The notes below the pieces were generated by a model that made no database searches, was not told the origin of the DNA, and saw nothing but the letters and a program-made list of their open reading frames with translations. DNA of 32,000 nucleotides from Candidatus Methylomirabilis oxygeniifera (GTDB lineage: Bacteria > Methylomirabilota > Methylomirabilia > Methylomirabilales > Methylomirabilaceae): positions 2,190,001 to 2,222,000 of the forward strand of contig FP565575.1 of assembly GCA_000091165.1 (NCBI GenBank). Reading direction: 5' to 3'. Of this stretch, positions 15,668 through 24,618 are shown piece after piece. Position 1 is the stretch's first letter. Every line of letters starts with the position of its first letter. A program made the position numbers and the translations under genes.

Positions 15668-16423
15668 TTATGTGGCCTCCGCGAAACTGGTGATGATGTA
15701 CGTCCCGCTCTTAGGATCCCGCTTCAGCTCGATAATATTGTGTTTGGCGGCGTCCTCCAGTAGTTTGGAAAAGGTACTATACCCGTAATACCCTTCGTTA
15801 AAAGAGGGCCGCTTGCGGATCATCGTCTGTTTCACCATTGAACCCCAGAGCACCTCCTTGTTCTCCCGCAGGAGAGCCTGGATGGAGTCTCCAAGGAGTT
15901 CAAATACCTCCACCTTCTTCTCGGGTAGACCGGAAAGGACGGGTGCTTTCTTGGGATGGCGGATCAGATCTTCGTAGTAGATGAATTCGTCGCAGTTGTC
16001 CACCAACAGCTCAGAAACCGAATTCTTGACGCCGAGGCCGATGACCTCCTTGTTATTTTCTCGCAACTTGGAGACCAGCGGTGAAAAATCACTGTCGCCG
16101 GACACAATGACAAAGGTATCAAGATGCTCCTTGGAGTAGGCCATATCCATCGCATCTACCGCGAGCCGGATGTCGGCACTGTTCTTGCCGCTGATTCGCT
16201 TCTGCGGGATGTCGATTAACTCGATCGCCGCTTCGTGAAGGGCCCGTTTATGCTCGGCGTAACGTCCCCAGTCGGCGTAGGCACGCTTCACCATAATCTT
16301 TCCCTTCTCCACAAGGCGCTCAAGTACAAGGCCGATCTCGAACTGCTTGTGCTTGGCCTCCTTGATCCCGATCGCAATATTCTCGAAATCGATGAAGAGG
16401 GCGAGCCTCTTCTCTTCGTTCAT
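15668..16423 (-). CDS. NYN (LabA-like) nuclease domain protein with C-terminal OST-HTH/LOTUS domain
   Basis: From the ATG at 16423 (AAGGAG RBS): MNEEKRLALFIDFENI...AYADW...KNSADIRLAVDAMDMAY...DTFVIVSGDSDFSPLVSKLRE is the NYN core. The C-terminal ~80 aa (VFELLGDSIQALL...LWGSMVKQTMIRKRPSFNEGYYGYSTFSKLLEDAAKHNIIEL) matches the OST-HTH/LOTUS pattern. Confidence 0.8.
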   Translation of the reverse strand: MNEEKRLALFIDFENIAIGIKEAKHKQFEIGLVLERLVEKGKIMVKRAYADWGRYAEHKRALHEAAIELIDIPQKRISGKNSADIRLAVDAMDMAYSKEHLDTFVIVSGDSDFSPLVSKLRENNKEVIGLGVKNSVSELLVDNCDEFIYYEDLIRHPKKAPVLSGLPEKKVEVFELLGDSIQALLRENKEVLWGSMVKQTMIRKRPSFNEGYYGYSTFSKLLEDAAKHNIIELKRDPKSGTYIITSFAEAT

Positions 16424-16611
16424 TGAACTCCTTTCTACTTGACGCTTCTCAAACAGCGCCGATGACACGACGGATGATCTGCGCGTTCGGCGCAGCACCG
16501 CCTTGGTTCAAGGCTAAACATGCCCCTGTAGGCTGCCAATAGGTTTCATCGGATTGAAAGTTGTTCCGCCCTTCCTTCCAGCGTCACCTGTTGTTGCCGG
16601 ACTGTCTCCTC

Positions 16612-17817
16612 TTATTTCTGATGGGAAGGAGCCATGTTCTCTCCGGTCCATCGCTCCACCACCATGGCAGTAAGGCCCTGTCGACTTGAGCGGCTGACGA
16701 TGAGCCACGTCGCCGTAAGCACGAGGTACGCAATAGCATAGAGGTGACGGGAGACAGGATCCGTGAAGAATAGTTGGGTGGCAAAGAGAACAAATACGAA
16801 CCCGGCTTCCGCCAGAGAAAATGAAAGATTGGCCAGCACGGCGATCGCAAAGAGCGATTGGGCCGCCGTCAGAAATATCTCCTCTGTCTGTCTGGCATCC
16901 AGGTGCATCGGCCCAAGATGGCCGGCAGAGAGGTTGTAGGCAAGCGGGAGCATGCCGATCAGGAGGGTCCACTGGTTGACCTTGGAAGACACAAGGGTGC
17001 CCATACTGGCCCCGGGGTTCCCACGCAATGCAAAGACGATCGCCACAATAAATTCGGGAGACTCGGAAGCCAGCGGCGCCAGCCACTGTACCAGCAGAAA
17101 CTCCTCAATGGCGAATGCCCGGCCGGTCGCCAGCAGCCCCTCAGCGAAGGGCTCGGCTGCGAGAAAGATGCCGAGCCCGGCATAGATGAATAACGCGATG
17201 GTGGCCAACCGACGTGGCGTCTGACGCATCCGCATCAATAGTTCCCCGACCCCTCCATCCAGTTCCGGCTCGACGATCTGCGCCTTCGAGGCCGAAATCA
17301 TGTACGACACAAAAATCGCCAACAAAACGGTTGAGTCGAGCCACGAGAGGGTTCCTTTCAGTGGAATCATAAAGCTATAAATAGTGGCAAGCGCGAGGTG
17401 AAGGAGTTCGATGGTGCGCGTACGGTCGAGGACGACCTGTCGATGTCGGGTCTTGAGCCAGAAGGTCGCGACAACGGAGGCCCACCCGATGCCGATCAGC
17501 AAACGGTTTGCGCCGGTCATGTTGGCGGTGGCGTAGGCGATGTAGGCCGGATCCTTGCCGGCAGACCAGGCAAAGTAGATGTCTACCGCGTATTCAGGGA
17601 GTACGGCGACCAGAGCGAGAAAGGCCAGCGCAAGCGCCTGCGGGATATCAACCTGCGCAACCTCGGCCGCCCAGGACAGCAGGAACGCCGCTCCAAAGAT
17701 AGCCAATCCGGCGCCAACCGCCTCCCACTGGGGCGGCAGATGGACGTCGAAGAGCCGGATGCCTATCCACTGCAAAGGCAAAAGGATCGCGGTGATCAAC
17801 CGCAGCGTTGTACTCAT
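16612..17817 (-). CDS. CaCA (sodium/calcium exchanger) family membrane protein
   Basis: From the ATG at 17817: about 10 predicted hydrophobic helices and two alpha-repeat-like motifs ([14 protein letters not shown] and [16 protein letters not shown]). The ORF-track extension to 17979 would overlap the upstream DedA gene. Confidence 0.7.
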   Translation of the reverse strand: MSTTLRLITAILLPLQWIGIRLFDVHLPPQWEAVGAGLAIFGAAFLLSWAAEVAQVDIPQALALAFLALVAVLPEYAVDIYFAWSAGKDPAYIAYATANMTGANRLLIGIGWASVVATFWLKTRHRQVVLDRTRTIELLHLALATIYSFMIPLKGTLSWLDSTVLLAIFVSYMISASKAQIVEPELDGGVGELLMRMRQTPRRLATIALFIYAGLGIFLAAEPFAEGLLATGRAFAIEEFLLVQWLAPLASESPEFIVAIVFALRGNPGASMGTLVSSKVNQWTLLIGMLPLAYNLSAGHLGPMHLDARQTEEIFLTAAQSLFAIAVLANLSFSLAEAGFVFVLFATQLFFTDPVSRHLYAIAYLVLTATWLIVSRSSRQGLTAMVVERWTGENMAPSHQK

Positions 17818-17860
17818 CGCCTGAGTGCTACCTGACCTCCAGGACCTACTCTCCAAAACC

Positions 17861-18742
17861 TCATCCGACCTCCAGGTCCCTCGAGATGTCTCGCTTTCGC
17901 CTCTGCCGCCGATAATGATCAAGTTTAATCCATCTGAAGAGCGGCTCACGATACAGGTACAGCAACAAGCACACCGCAACCAGGAAGAAAATAAGGGTCA
18001 AGAAGCTGCCGTAGTGAGCGGTCCGGACCTGCCGTCCCTGCATGGAGAGGAACCATGTGCCGGGAATACGTCCTACGGCGGTGAGCAGAAAGAAGGTGCC
18101 AAACGAAAGAGGACTGGCGCCGAGGATGTAGCACAGGAAGTCCTTTGGGAAGCCGGGGATGAGAAAGAGGAGGAAGGTGATCAACTTGCCCTGGGTCCGC
18201 GTGAGAAAGAAAAACATCTCGTAGGTCTCTGGCGTGACGAACCGGCGAGCGAAATGGTGTCCAAGCCAACGACCCAGACTGAAGGCGAGGCACGAGCCGA
18301 TAGTCAGACCGATGGTCGAATAGATGAGACCCGGAAGCGTCCCGAAGAGATAGCCGCCGAGGATGCCCGTCACCTCACCAGGGATCGGTGCAACAACGAT
18401 CTGGAGAGCCTGAAGTCCGATAAACACGAGGGGCGCCCACGGTCCGGCCTGTTTCACATATCGGGCTAACTCCTGTTCGTTAAAGGTGGGCTCAATCCAT
18501 TCCCAGTACCCGTCCAGGTCGAGCCGCTCATTGAGCAGAGTATAGGCCGAGATCAGACCAACCACGGTTATGAGAACCGCGGCAATAATCACGATTTTCT
18601 TCGCAAACGAACGTTGATCGAGCAATGTGGGCAACACGGAACTAGTCGCGGTGTCCGACAGGAAGCGATTGAACCTGGTCGGCTTGAGTCGGAACTCGCC
18701 TCGCCTGATTAAGGTGATGGGGTCGCGCGTACGGCTCAGCAC
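17861..18742 (-). CDS. TVP38/TMEM64 (DedA superfamily) membrane protein
   Basis: Multi-pass membrane protein. [28 protein letters not shown] is the family signature, plus [19 protein letters not shown]. Start codon uncertain (GTG 18742). Confidence 0.75.
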   Translation of the reverse strand: MLSRTRDPITLIRRGEFRLKPTRFNRFLSDTATSSVLPTLLDQRSFAKKIVIIAAVLITVVGLISAYTLLNERLDLDGYWEWIEPTFNEQELARYVKQAGPWAPLVFIGLQALQIVVAPIPGEVTGILGGYLFGTLPGLIYSTIGLTIGSCLAFSLGRWLGHHFARRFVTPETYEMFFFLTRTQGKLITFLLFLIPGFPKDFLCYILGASPLSFGTFFLLTAVGRIPGTWFLSMQGRQVRTAHYGSFLTLIFFLVAVCLLLYLYREPLFRWIKLDHYRRQRRKRDISRDLEVG

Positions 18743-18939
18743 AGAACCTCGCCCGTACGCGCGAGGGAATAAAACGGCAAGGTGCAGAGCGTGACATGGA
18801 ATGATCGGAGCGCAGTATCGTCATATCCCGCAATTCTCATACCTGTTCAGCCACGCTACTGTCAAGCAAAATCCTTCTCGCCTGCCTGGCGGCGGACTGC
18901 CGCCGGCCTCTCCAGATCGGAATCGATCGGCTCATCACC

Positions 18940-18968
18940 TTGACATTGCAGAATCCGTGGCTTATTCT
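18940..18968 (+). promoter_or_regulatory. candidate promoter for the FmdB-family gene
   Basis: TTGACA (18940-18945), 17-nt spacer, TATTCT (18963-18968). This implies a 5' UTR of about 105 nt. Confidence 0.5.
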
Positions 18969-19081
18969 ACGTCCTACGGTCGATCCGGACCGGCTGGAGC
19001 CGATGAGTGTACGGCAGCGGAGGCGTGGCGTACTGTTATGGTCGTCTTCCGGTAAAGCCGGTCGAAAAGGAGGTGGCAGTA

Positions 19082-19363
19082 GTGCCGATTTACGAATACG
19101 AGTGCGAAGTCTGTCATCACAGGTTCGAGGCCATCCAGAAGATGTCGGACAAGCCGATTAAAAAGTGCGTATTGTGCGAGGGTAAGGTCCACAAGCTGCT
19201 CTCCGCCCCAGGCCTACTCTTTAAGGGGTCGGGATGGTACGTGACCGATTATGCCAATCCCGAGCGAAAAAAGGCCATGGAGGCTGATAAAAAGGCAGCC
19301 TCAGCCGATAGCGGCAGCACAAAAACTGAGAGCAAGGAATCGAAGAAGAGCGGCACCCATTAA
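19082..19363 (+). CDS. FmdB-family CxxC-CxxC zinc-ribbon protein
   Basis: The GTG at 19082 lies 6 nt after AAGGAGGTG. (V)PIYEYECEVCHHRFEAIQKMSDKPIKKCVLCEGKVHKLLSAPGLLFKGSGWYVTDY is the canonical FmdB pattern, followed by a K/S/E-rich tail. The ORF-track start at 19007 is upstream of the RBS. Confidence 0.85.
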   Translation: MPIYEYECEVCHHRFEAIQKMSDKPIKKCVLCEGKVHKLLSAPGLLFKGSGWYVTDYANPERKKAMEADKKAASADSGSTKTESKESKKSGTH

Positions 19364-19424
19364 CCTGAACCGAAACCGCCGGCCTCATACGTAAAGTTCG
19401 GTTGGTTTGGCTTGGCGCGTAACG

Positions 19425-20252
19425 TTACACGACATCGATAAACTCCAATGGGGGCGTCGACGGCAGTTCTCCCTCCGCCTCCAACAGCGTAAAAAATAGA
19501 TTGAGCCCCTCGATATGCCGTGGAGTCAGATCGAAGGAAAGACGCTCCTTCAGGTAGATCGCGCAGGCGTCCCGGTCGAGCCCAACTCGTTCACTGACCG
19601 CCTTGCAGATCTCATCAAGCTTGGCCAGGCTGTAGCGCTTGGAGTCGAGTAGGGCGCGATGAAGCCGATGGGTCTCCTCCCGATGATCGTGATACACATC
19701 CCGGCGGACCGCCCAGACGCCAAAGACAAACGGTAAACCCGTCAATTCCTTCCATCCCTGGCCCAAATCAAGGGTGAAGGGGAGTCGGCCCCTTGCCCGG
19801 AGCGCCGGATCACCGATCAACAAAACCCCGGCGACATCCTCCGGGAGCGAATCGATCGTCGCCGCCTCGGCGGGTAGAAACCGCGGTCTCACCCCGAACG
19901 CCTTTGCCAGCAGGAGCTTCACCAGGAACACCGATGTCAGGGAATCCCTGCTCAGGTGGACCGACCGTCCGTTCAGGTCGGATGGCTTCACCCGGCTCAG
20001 GAACAGGACACTTTCGGCCGGGCCATCCGAGCCGATCGCCAAGTCAGGGAGGATCAGATATCTGTCCGAATGGCGCGCATACTCGATGGCGGAGATCACC
20101 GATAGATCGAGATCTCCCGTCCGAAGCATACCGTTCAGTTCGGCAGGGGTCCCGTCAATAATCCGGCATGCCGCCGGAATCGCGCCCTGCTCGATCCCGT
20201 AATACACCGGCTCGCAATTAATATATGCGACCCTACCTAATGACAGTTCCAC
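19425..20252 (-). CDS. mqnA: menaquinone (futalosine pathway) MqnA/MqnD-family protein, most like chorismate dehydratase MqnA
   Basis: LGRVAYINCEPVYYGIE...PAELNGMLRTGDLDLSVISAIEYAR...LILPDLAIGSDGPAESVLFLS...LTSVFLVKLLL follows the MqnA periplasmic-binding-like pattern. GTG start, overlapping the upstream gene by 16 nt. Confidence 0.7.
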   Translation of the reverse strand: MELSLGRVAYINCEPVYYGIEQGAIPAACRIIDGTPAELNGMLRTGDLDLSVISAIEYARHSDRYLILPDLAIGSDGPAESVLFLSRVKPSDLNGRSVHLSRDSLTSVFLVKLLLAKAFGVRPRFLPAEAATIDSLPEDVAGVLLIGDPALRARGRLPFTLDLGQGWKELTGLPFVFGVWAVRRDVYHDHREETHRLHRALLDSKRYSLAKLDEICKAVSERVGLDRDACAIYLKERLSFDLTPRHIEGLNLFFTLLEAEGELPSTPPLEFIDVV

Positions 20253-21514
20253 CGCGCGGTCCCCTCGCGTTGATACAGGATCTTGCCTTCCACCATACTC
20301 AAGACAACTGAGTCATCCGAGGCCTGATCAAGGAGTGATTCATACGGATCGACATCGTCGACGCGATCGATGGCCAGGGCAGTGAGGTCCGCCCGCTTAC
20401 CCGGCGCAAACGACCCGATGGTACCGGCCATCCCAAGCGCAGCGGCGCCGCCGAGCGTGGCCATTGTCACAAGCTGTTGCGCCGTGACCGCCTCGCCATA
20501 GAGCCGGTGCGCAAACTGCATCTCGTCCCAGAGGCTCAGCGTCTGATTGCTGGCCAACGAATCGGTCCCCAAACCGACCCGCAGTGATGCCGCCAGACAG
20601 CGGGGCAACGGCGCTGTCCCCACCTTCAAGTAATGATTGCTCCGAGGACAGACGGCCAACGCGACCCCTCGCTGTTTCAGTAACTGAAGATCGGAGATCC
20701 CGATATGAACCCCGTGTACAGCCGTCAGTCGATCCGACAGCAGGCCGGCTCGGTCGAGAAGTGCGATCGGGCTTTCGCCGCAGACCCGATGGGATGGCGA
20801 ATGCCGACCCACGGCAGGCAACAACGTGGTGGCAATCGGCCCGAGCCCTAACCCGATATATGCCACCTCCTCCGGCGATTCGGCCACGTGAATGGTCGCC
20901 GGCAGGCGCCGGCGCCGCAGCAGTTCGGCACAGCGCAGCAGGAGCGACTCGGACAGACTGTACGGTGCGTGAGGCGACAGACCGACCGACAGCAAGCTGT
21001 CGGTCGCTTGGAGTTGAAGTGACTGAAGGGCCTTCTCGGCTGTGTCCAACCGTTCTGTCGCCTGCTCGGGGTCGAGTCCCAGGATTTCCTGAAAGATAAT
21101 GCCCCTCAGCCCAGCCGCCTTAAGAGAGGCGACACTGCTGCCGGACGTCGTGATGTCGGCAACACAGGTGACGCCGCCTCGGAGCAGGGTCGTTGCGCCC
21201 AGGCGAGCCGACGCGGCGAAAAATTCGTCGTCCAACCCGGGGCGAAGATCGAGCAGGGAGATCGCCCATTCGGTAAACGATTTGCCGAAGGGAAGGCGGC
21301 CGTACAGCCCCGTTAATTCCAGGTGGGTATGCGCATTTACTAGGCCGGGAAGGAGGGCTGCGCGTCCCAGGTCGTCGTGAGGTTCTGTCGGAAAATCCCT
21401 GATGAGTGCAGACGCCTTATCCACCGCGCAGATCGTCCCATCGCGGATTAAGAGTCCGCCGTCCATAATGGGCGGGCTGGAAATCGGCAGCAGCAGACGA
21501 GCGGTCAGAATCAC
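20237..21514 (-). CDS. metal-dependent amidohydrolase (nucleoside deaminase/chlorohydrolase family); possibly aminodeoxyfutalosine deaminase
   Basis: GLVNAHTHLELT metal-binding HxH motif, IHVAES, AVHGVH and GLGTDSLASN (Asp) follow the amidohydrolase superfamily pattern. The functional guess rests only on translational coupling to mqnA. Confidence 0.7.
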   Translation of the reverse strand: MILTARLLLPISSPPIMDGGLLIRDGTICAVDKASALIRDFPTEPHDDLGRAALLPGLVNAHTHLELTGLYGRLPFGKSFTEWAISLLDLRPGLDDEFFAASARLGATTLLRGGVTCVADITTSGSSVASLKAAGLRGIIFQEILGLDPEQATERLDTAEKALQSLQLQATDSLLSVGLSPHAPYSLSESLLLRCAELLRRRRLPATIHVAESPEEVAYIGLGLGPIATTLLPAVGRHSPSHRVCGESPIALLDRAGLLSDRLTAVHGVHIGISDLQLLKQRGVALAVCPRSNHYLKVGTAPLPRCLAASLRVGLGTDSLASNQTLSLWDEMQFAHRLYGEAVTAQQLVTMATLGGAAALGMAGTIGSFAPGKRADLTALAIDRVDDVDPYESLLDQASDDSVVLSMVEGKILYQREGTARWNCH

Positions 21515-21531
21515 GGTACGCTTTTCAGGTA

Positions 21532-22143
21532 TCAGCTATCAACTGACCGCTGAGGGCTGCATCGCTGTCGCCTGACCGCCTCGGCTTGCTCCAACTCCAG
21601 CGGGGTATTGACGTTGATGAACCCGAACAGATACGGGTCCAGCGCCCTGAGGGCCGGCTCCTCGATGATTTTCACCTTGGCCTTCGGGAAGAACCGGGCA
21701 ATCTTCAGCACTGACGCGTCGATGGACTCTTTCATGAGCGGAAGGCACGACTTGGCGTATACGGCATGCAGCGGTTGTAGCTCGCCTTTCACGCGCGGCA
21801 CGACTGCATCCCAACCTTCGGCCTCGCGGACCAGAAACTTGATCAGTTCGGCGTTGAGAAAAGGCATGTCGCAGGCAACGAAGAAACAGGCAGGGTAACT
21901 CGCAACGCTCAGCCCCGTATAGATCCCCCCGAGCGAACCGGAGTCAGGGATCAGGTCTGAGACAACCTTGACACCAAGATACGCGTACAGCGGCGGGTCA
22001 TTTGCAATAATCAGAACCTCCGGGAAGAGCGCCTTCAGACAGTCCACCGTCGTCTCGATCAGCCGCTTGCTCCCGAATTCGATAAACGCCTTATTGGCAC
22101 CCATCCGCGAGGACTTACCGCCCGCCAGCACAATACCCGTCAC
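21532..22143 (-). CDS. mobA: molybdenum cofactor guanylyltransferase
   Basis: (M)TGIVLAGGKSSRMGANKAF...DSGSLGGIYTGL...FFVACDMPFL is the MobA signature. GTG start. Confidence 0.85.
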   Translation of the reverse strand: MTGIVLAGGKSSRMGANKAFIEFGSKRLIETTVDCLKALFPEVLIIANDPPLYAYLGVKVVSDLIPDSGSLGGIYTGLSVASYPACFFVACDMPFLNAELIKFLVREAEGWDAVVPRVKGELQPLHAVYAKSCLPLMKESIDASVLKIARFFPKAKVKIIEEPALRALDPYLFGFINVNTPLELEQAEAVRRQRCSPQRSVDS

Positions 22144-22145
22144 CG

Positions 22146-22592
22146 TCAGGCTTCGTCCTCTGCTTCTACTTCCACAGGCTCTTCCAGGGTCTCAAGGTCG
22201 GTCACCTCCAGTTTCTCGATCTCCTCACCCGACTCAGCGAGTAACTCCACCGGGTTTTCCTCCGGCTCGATCCCCTCCTTTTCCTCTTCTTCCCTTTCGG
22301 TGAGTTCCTCCTCGCCAAGGGTGTCTCCGACGGAGAGACTCCGGAACCAGGTAGCCCCCGCCTCCGGGCCTACCAATTCCACTGCCGCCGCACCCTCTGC
22401 GGCTTTCATCTCATACGCCAGCTTTCCGGCGCCTATTTCCTCCAGGGCAATATACGTCGCCTTATTGCTCTTCGCAGCAATCAGGTGCTCGGCGCCGCGC
22501 ATCACCTGCTTCGCGCGCTTGGCAGCGATAATTACCAGGCGATATTTGCTGTCTACATGCGTCAGGAGTTGTTCCAACGGGAAAAGCGGCAT
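22146..22592 (-). CDS. rpoZ: RNA polymerase omega subunit with a long acidic C-terminal extension
   Basis: LEQLLTHVDSKYRLVIIAAKRAKQVMRG...KATYIALEEIGAGKL is the RpoZ core (about 75 aa). It is followed by about 70 aa rich in E/L/T. GGAGG RBS. Confidence 0.9.
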   Translation of the reverse strand: MPLFPLEQLLTHVDSKYRLVIIAAKRAKQVMRGAEHLIAAKSNKATYIALEEIGAGKLAYEMKAAEGAAAVELVGPEAGATWFRSLSVGDTLGEEELTEREEEEKEGIEPEENPVELLAESGEEIEKLEVTDLETLEEPVEVEAEDEA

Positions 22593-22610
22593 ACTTCAAT
22601 CCTCCCCACC

Positions 22611-23219
22611 TCAGTCGATTCCCATATCCAGAAAGGAGAGATCTACTCGATCTCTTCGGGATCGTTCGGCGGTGATAATGCAGCAAAGCTGCTTGACGGC
22701 CTTTTCAAAAATATCGTTCACGACAATATACTGGTAATCCCGGTAGTGATACAGTTCCTCTCTGGCCATGGCAAGGCGCCTTCGGATCGCCTCCTCCGAG
22801 TCGGTCCGCCGCTGTCGGAGCCGAGTTTCCAGGAGATCCAAGGCAGGAGGGACGACAAACACAAACACCCCCGCCTGGTAGTCCTGTCTCAGCCTGGCTG
22901 CCCCCTGCGTGTCGATATCAAGGATCACATCAAGACCTTCCGCGAACTGCTTCTCCAACAACGAGCGACTGGTTCCATAGAGGTGGCCGTGTACGTGGGC
23001 CCACTCCGCGAATTCGCCCGTCTCGATCATCTTTCGGAAGGCGGGTTCGTTCACAAAGTGATAGTCTCGTCCGTCCTGCTCGTCCGGCCGCGGCGCGCGG
23101 GTCGTAAAAGAGACCGAGTGAACCAGACGGGGCAGCCGCTGTGCGGCCTCCTTACACAACGAGGTCTTTCCGGCCCCGGAGGGGGCCGATACGACCACCA
23201 TCAACCGCTGCCGATTCAT
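22611..23219 (-). CDS. gmk: guanylate kinase
   Basis: [15 protein letters not shown]-loop, [31 protein letters not shown] and DIDTQGA. Confidence 0.95.
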   Translation of the reverse strand: MNRQRLMVVVSAPSGAGKTSLCKEAAQRLPRLVHSVSFTTRAPRPDEQDGRDYHFVNEPAFRKMIETGEFAEWAHVHGHLYGTSRSLLEKQFAEGLDVILDIDTQGAARLRQDYQAGVFVFVVPPALDLLETRLRQRRTDSEEAIRRRLAMAREELYHYRDYQYIVVNDIFEKAVKQLCCIITAERSRRDRVDLSFLDMGID

Positions 23220-23500
23220 TCTGTTCGCGAGCCCCTACCCGGCCGATCGGACAGCGCATCGGCTTCGAACCGCTGAGCTATCGTCTCGGTTTGAATGGCC
23301 GACAGCACGACGTGGTCGCTATCGGTCACGATGATGGACCGGGTACGCCTGCCGTTGGTTGCATCAACCAGCTTGCCGGCCTGCTTGGCCTCATCTTTCA
23401 GGCGCTTCATTGGGGCCGAACCGGGATCGACGATGGCAATGACCCTGGCAACCGCCACCATATTTCCGAACCCTACATTCAGCAGCTTTGCGGTCATCAT
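23216..23500 (-). CDS. remA: RemA/DUF370 family protein
   Basis: [69 protein letters not shown] is the canonical RemA/YlzA sequence. It has an ATGA overlap with gmk. Confidence 0.9.
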   Translation of the reverse strand: MMTAKLLNVGFGNMVAVARVIAIVDPGSAPMKRLKDEAKQAGKLVDATNGRRTRSIIVTDSDHVVLSAIQTETIAQRFEADALSDRPGRGSRTE

Positions 23501-23512
23501 GTTCGTCCCTTC

Positions 23513-24394
23513 TTACTCAACGTTCTGGACCTGCTCCCGGAGCTGTTCCAGAACGCTTTTTAATGTGATGACGTCGTGCGAGGTCCTGGCATCGCTCGCC
23601 TTGGCGCCGATGGTGTTGACCTCACGTAGCATCTCTTGCAAGAGAAACTCCATCCGCCGGCCGTGCGGACCCTGTTGTCGGATGAGGTCCCGGAACTGTT
23701 GAAGATGGCTTGCGACCCTCGTCGTCTCTTCCGCTATATCCGAACGCTCAGCCAGGATTGCCACCTCCTGCTCGAGCCGCCCGGGATCGAGCGGTTTCCC
23801 ATCCAGCAGGCGCTGGAGCCGAAGCTCCAGACGACTCTTGTAGCTCTGCACGACTTCCGGCGCGCGGGCAACGATCGTCGCTAAGGTCGCCTCGACCAGG
23901 TCCAGATGGCCGAGCAGAGCGACCTCGAGTGCTCTGCCTTCCTCTCGTCGCATCTTGGCGAGGGCGCTCATCGCCCCCTCAAGCGCAGCCGAAACCGCCG
24001 GCCAGTCGGCATCCGCCTCTCCCGATTTCTCTCCCTCCAGATCAAACAGGTCCGATCGTGACAGCAACAGCTCCAACGTGACCTCTCCCGCAAGGCCGAG
24101 TTCCGACTGGAGCGTCTTGACCGCATCGAGATACGCGCGCGCCAATGGACGATTCACGCGGAGCGTGCAGGACTGCTCACCCGTCAACTCCTCGAGCACC
24201 GTCACGTCAAACCGTCCTCGCGCAAAGCGTCCTTGCAGGCTCTTCAGAACCGGCAACTCCAAAGCACCAAGCCGCTTCGGGAGCCGGGTGCGAGTCTCCA
24301 GATACCGATGATTCACCGACTGCAGTTCGCAGACGTATCGCCTCAAGGAGGTGATACACTCCCCTTGCCCGAACCCAGTCATACTGTTCAGCAT
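23513..24394 (-). CDS. yicC: YicC/YloC family stress-induced protein
   Basis: MLNSMTGFGQGE N-terminus and C-terminal GRRMEFLLQEMLREVNTIGAKA are YicC family signatures. Confidence 0.9.
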   Translation of the reverse strand: MLNSMTGFGQGECITSLRRYVCELQSVNHRYLETRTRLPKRLGALELPVLKSLQGRFARGRFDVTVLEELTGEQSCTLRVNRPLARAYLDAVKTLQSELGLAGEVTLELLLSRSDLFDLEGEKSGEADADWPAVSAALEGAMSALAKMRREEGRALEVALLGHLDLVEATLATIVARAPEVVQSYKSRLELRLQRLLDGKPLDPGRLEQEVAILAERSDIAEETTRVASHLQQFRDLIRQQGPHGRRMEFLLQEMLREVNTIGAKASDARTSHDVITLKSVLEQLREQVQNVE

Positions 24395-24487
24395 CTCGTC
24401 ATGACCTCGGTGACATTGGCATGAGGGTTGCCACTTTCCAGATGGGTGGGCGCAACGAGGGACCGCACGGAGATCTCCTAACGTCTT

Positions 24488-24516
24488 AATCTAGCGATAA
24501 TCGGCAGATCTGTCAA
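24488..24516 (-). promoter_or_regulatory. candidate promoter of the yicC-remA-gmk-rpoZ... cluster
   Basis: Minus strand: TTGACA (24516-24511), 17-nt spacer, TAGATT (24493-24488), about 90 nt upstream of the yicC ATG. Confidence 0.5.
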
Positions 24517-24534
24517 ATCAAATCCTCAACGTAA

Positions 24535-24588
24535 CTACTCAGGTAGAAAGGCTGAAGGCTGTTAAGGGTAAGAACCAGGCCTGAGTAG
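24535..24588 (-). terminator. 9-bp inverted repeat downstream of the MutS-like gene (weak terminator candidate)
   Basis: ctactcagg (24535-24543) pairs with cctgagtag (24580-24588) around a 36-nt loop, 31 nt beyond the stop at 24619. There is no U-run. Confidence 0.25.
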
Positions 24589-24618
24589 CTGCTCCTCGAC
24601 AACATGCCACCCCCCGGC

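Noticed and set aside
17818-17979. N-terminal 54-codon extension of the CaCA ORF (similar extensions exist on the smpB, vapC, fmdB, purU and Spy-like ORFs)
   Set aside because: The extensions overlap upstream genes or precede the obvious RBS or signal peptide. Internal ATG or GTG starts fit the family N-termini better.
19368-19403. Terminator after the FmdB-family gene
   Set aside because: The aaccgaa/ttcggtt 7-bp stem has a 22-nt loop and only a GGTTTGG tail, which is too weak to annotate.
22485-23276. 263-aa ORF on the plus strand
   Set aside because: It is antisense to the 5' end of rpoZ, all of gmk and the 3' end of remA, which all have canonical motifs. It has no recognisable domains and is a shadow ORF.
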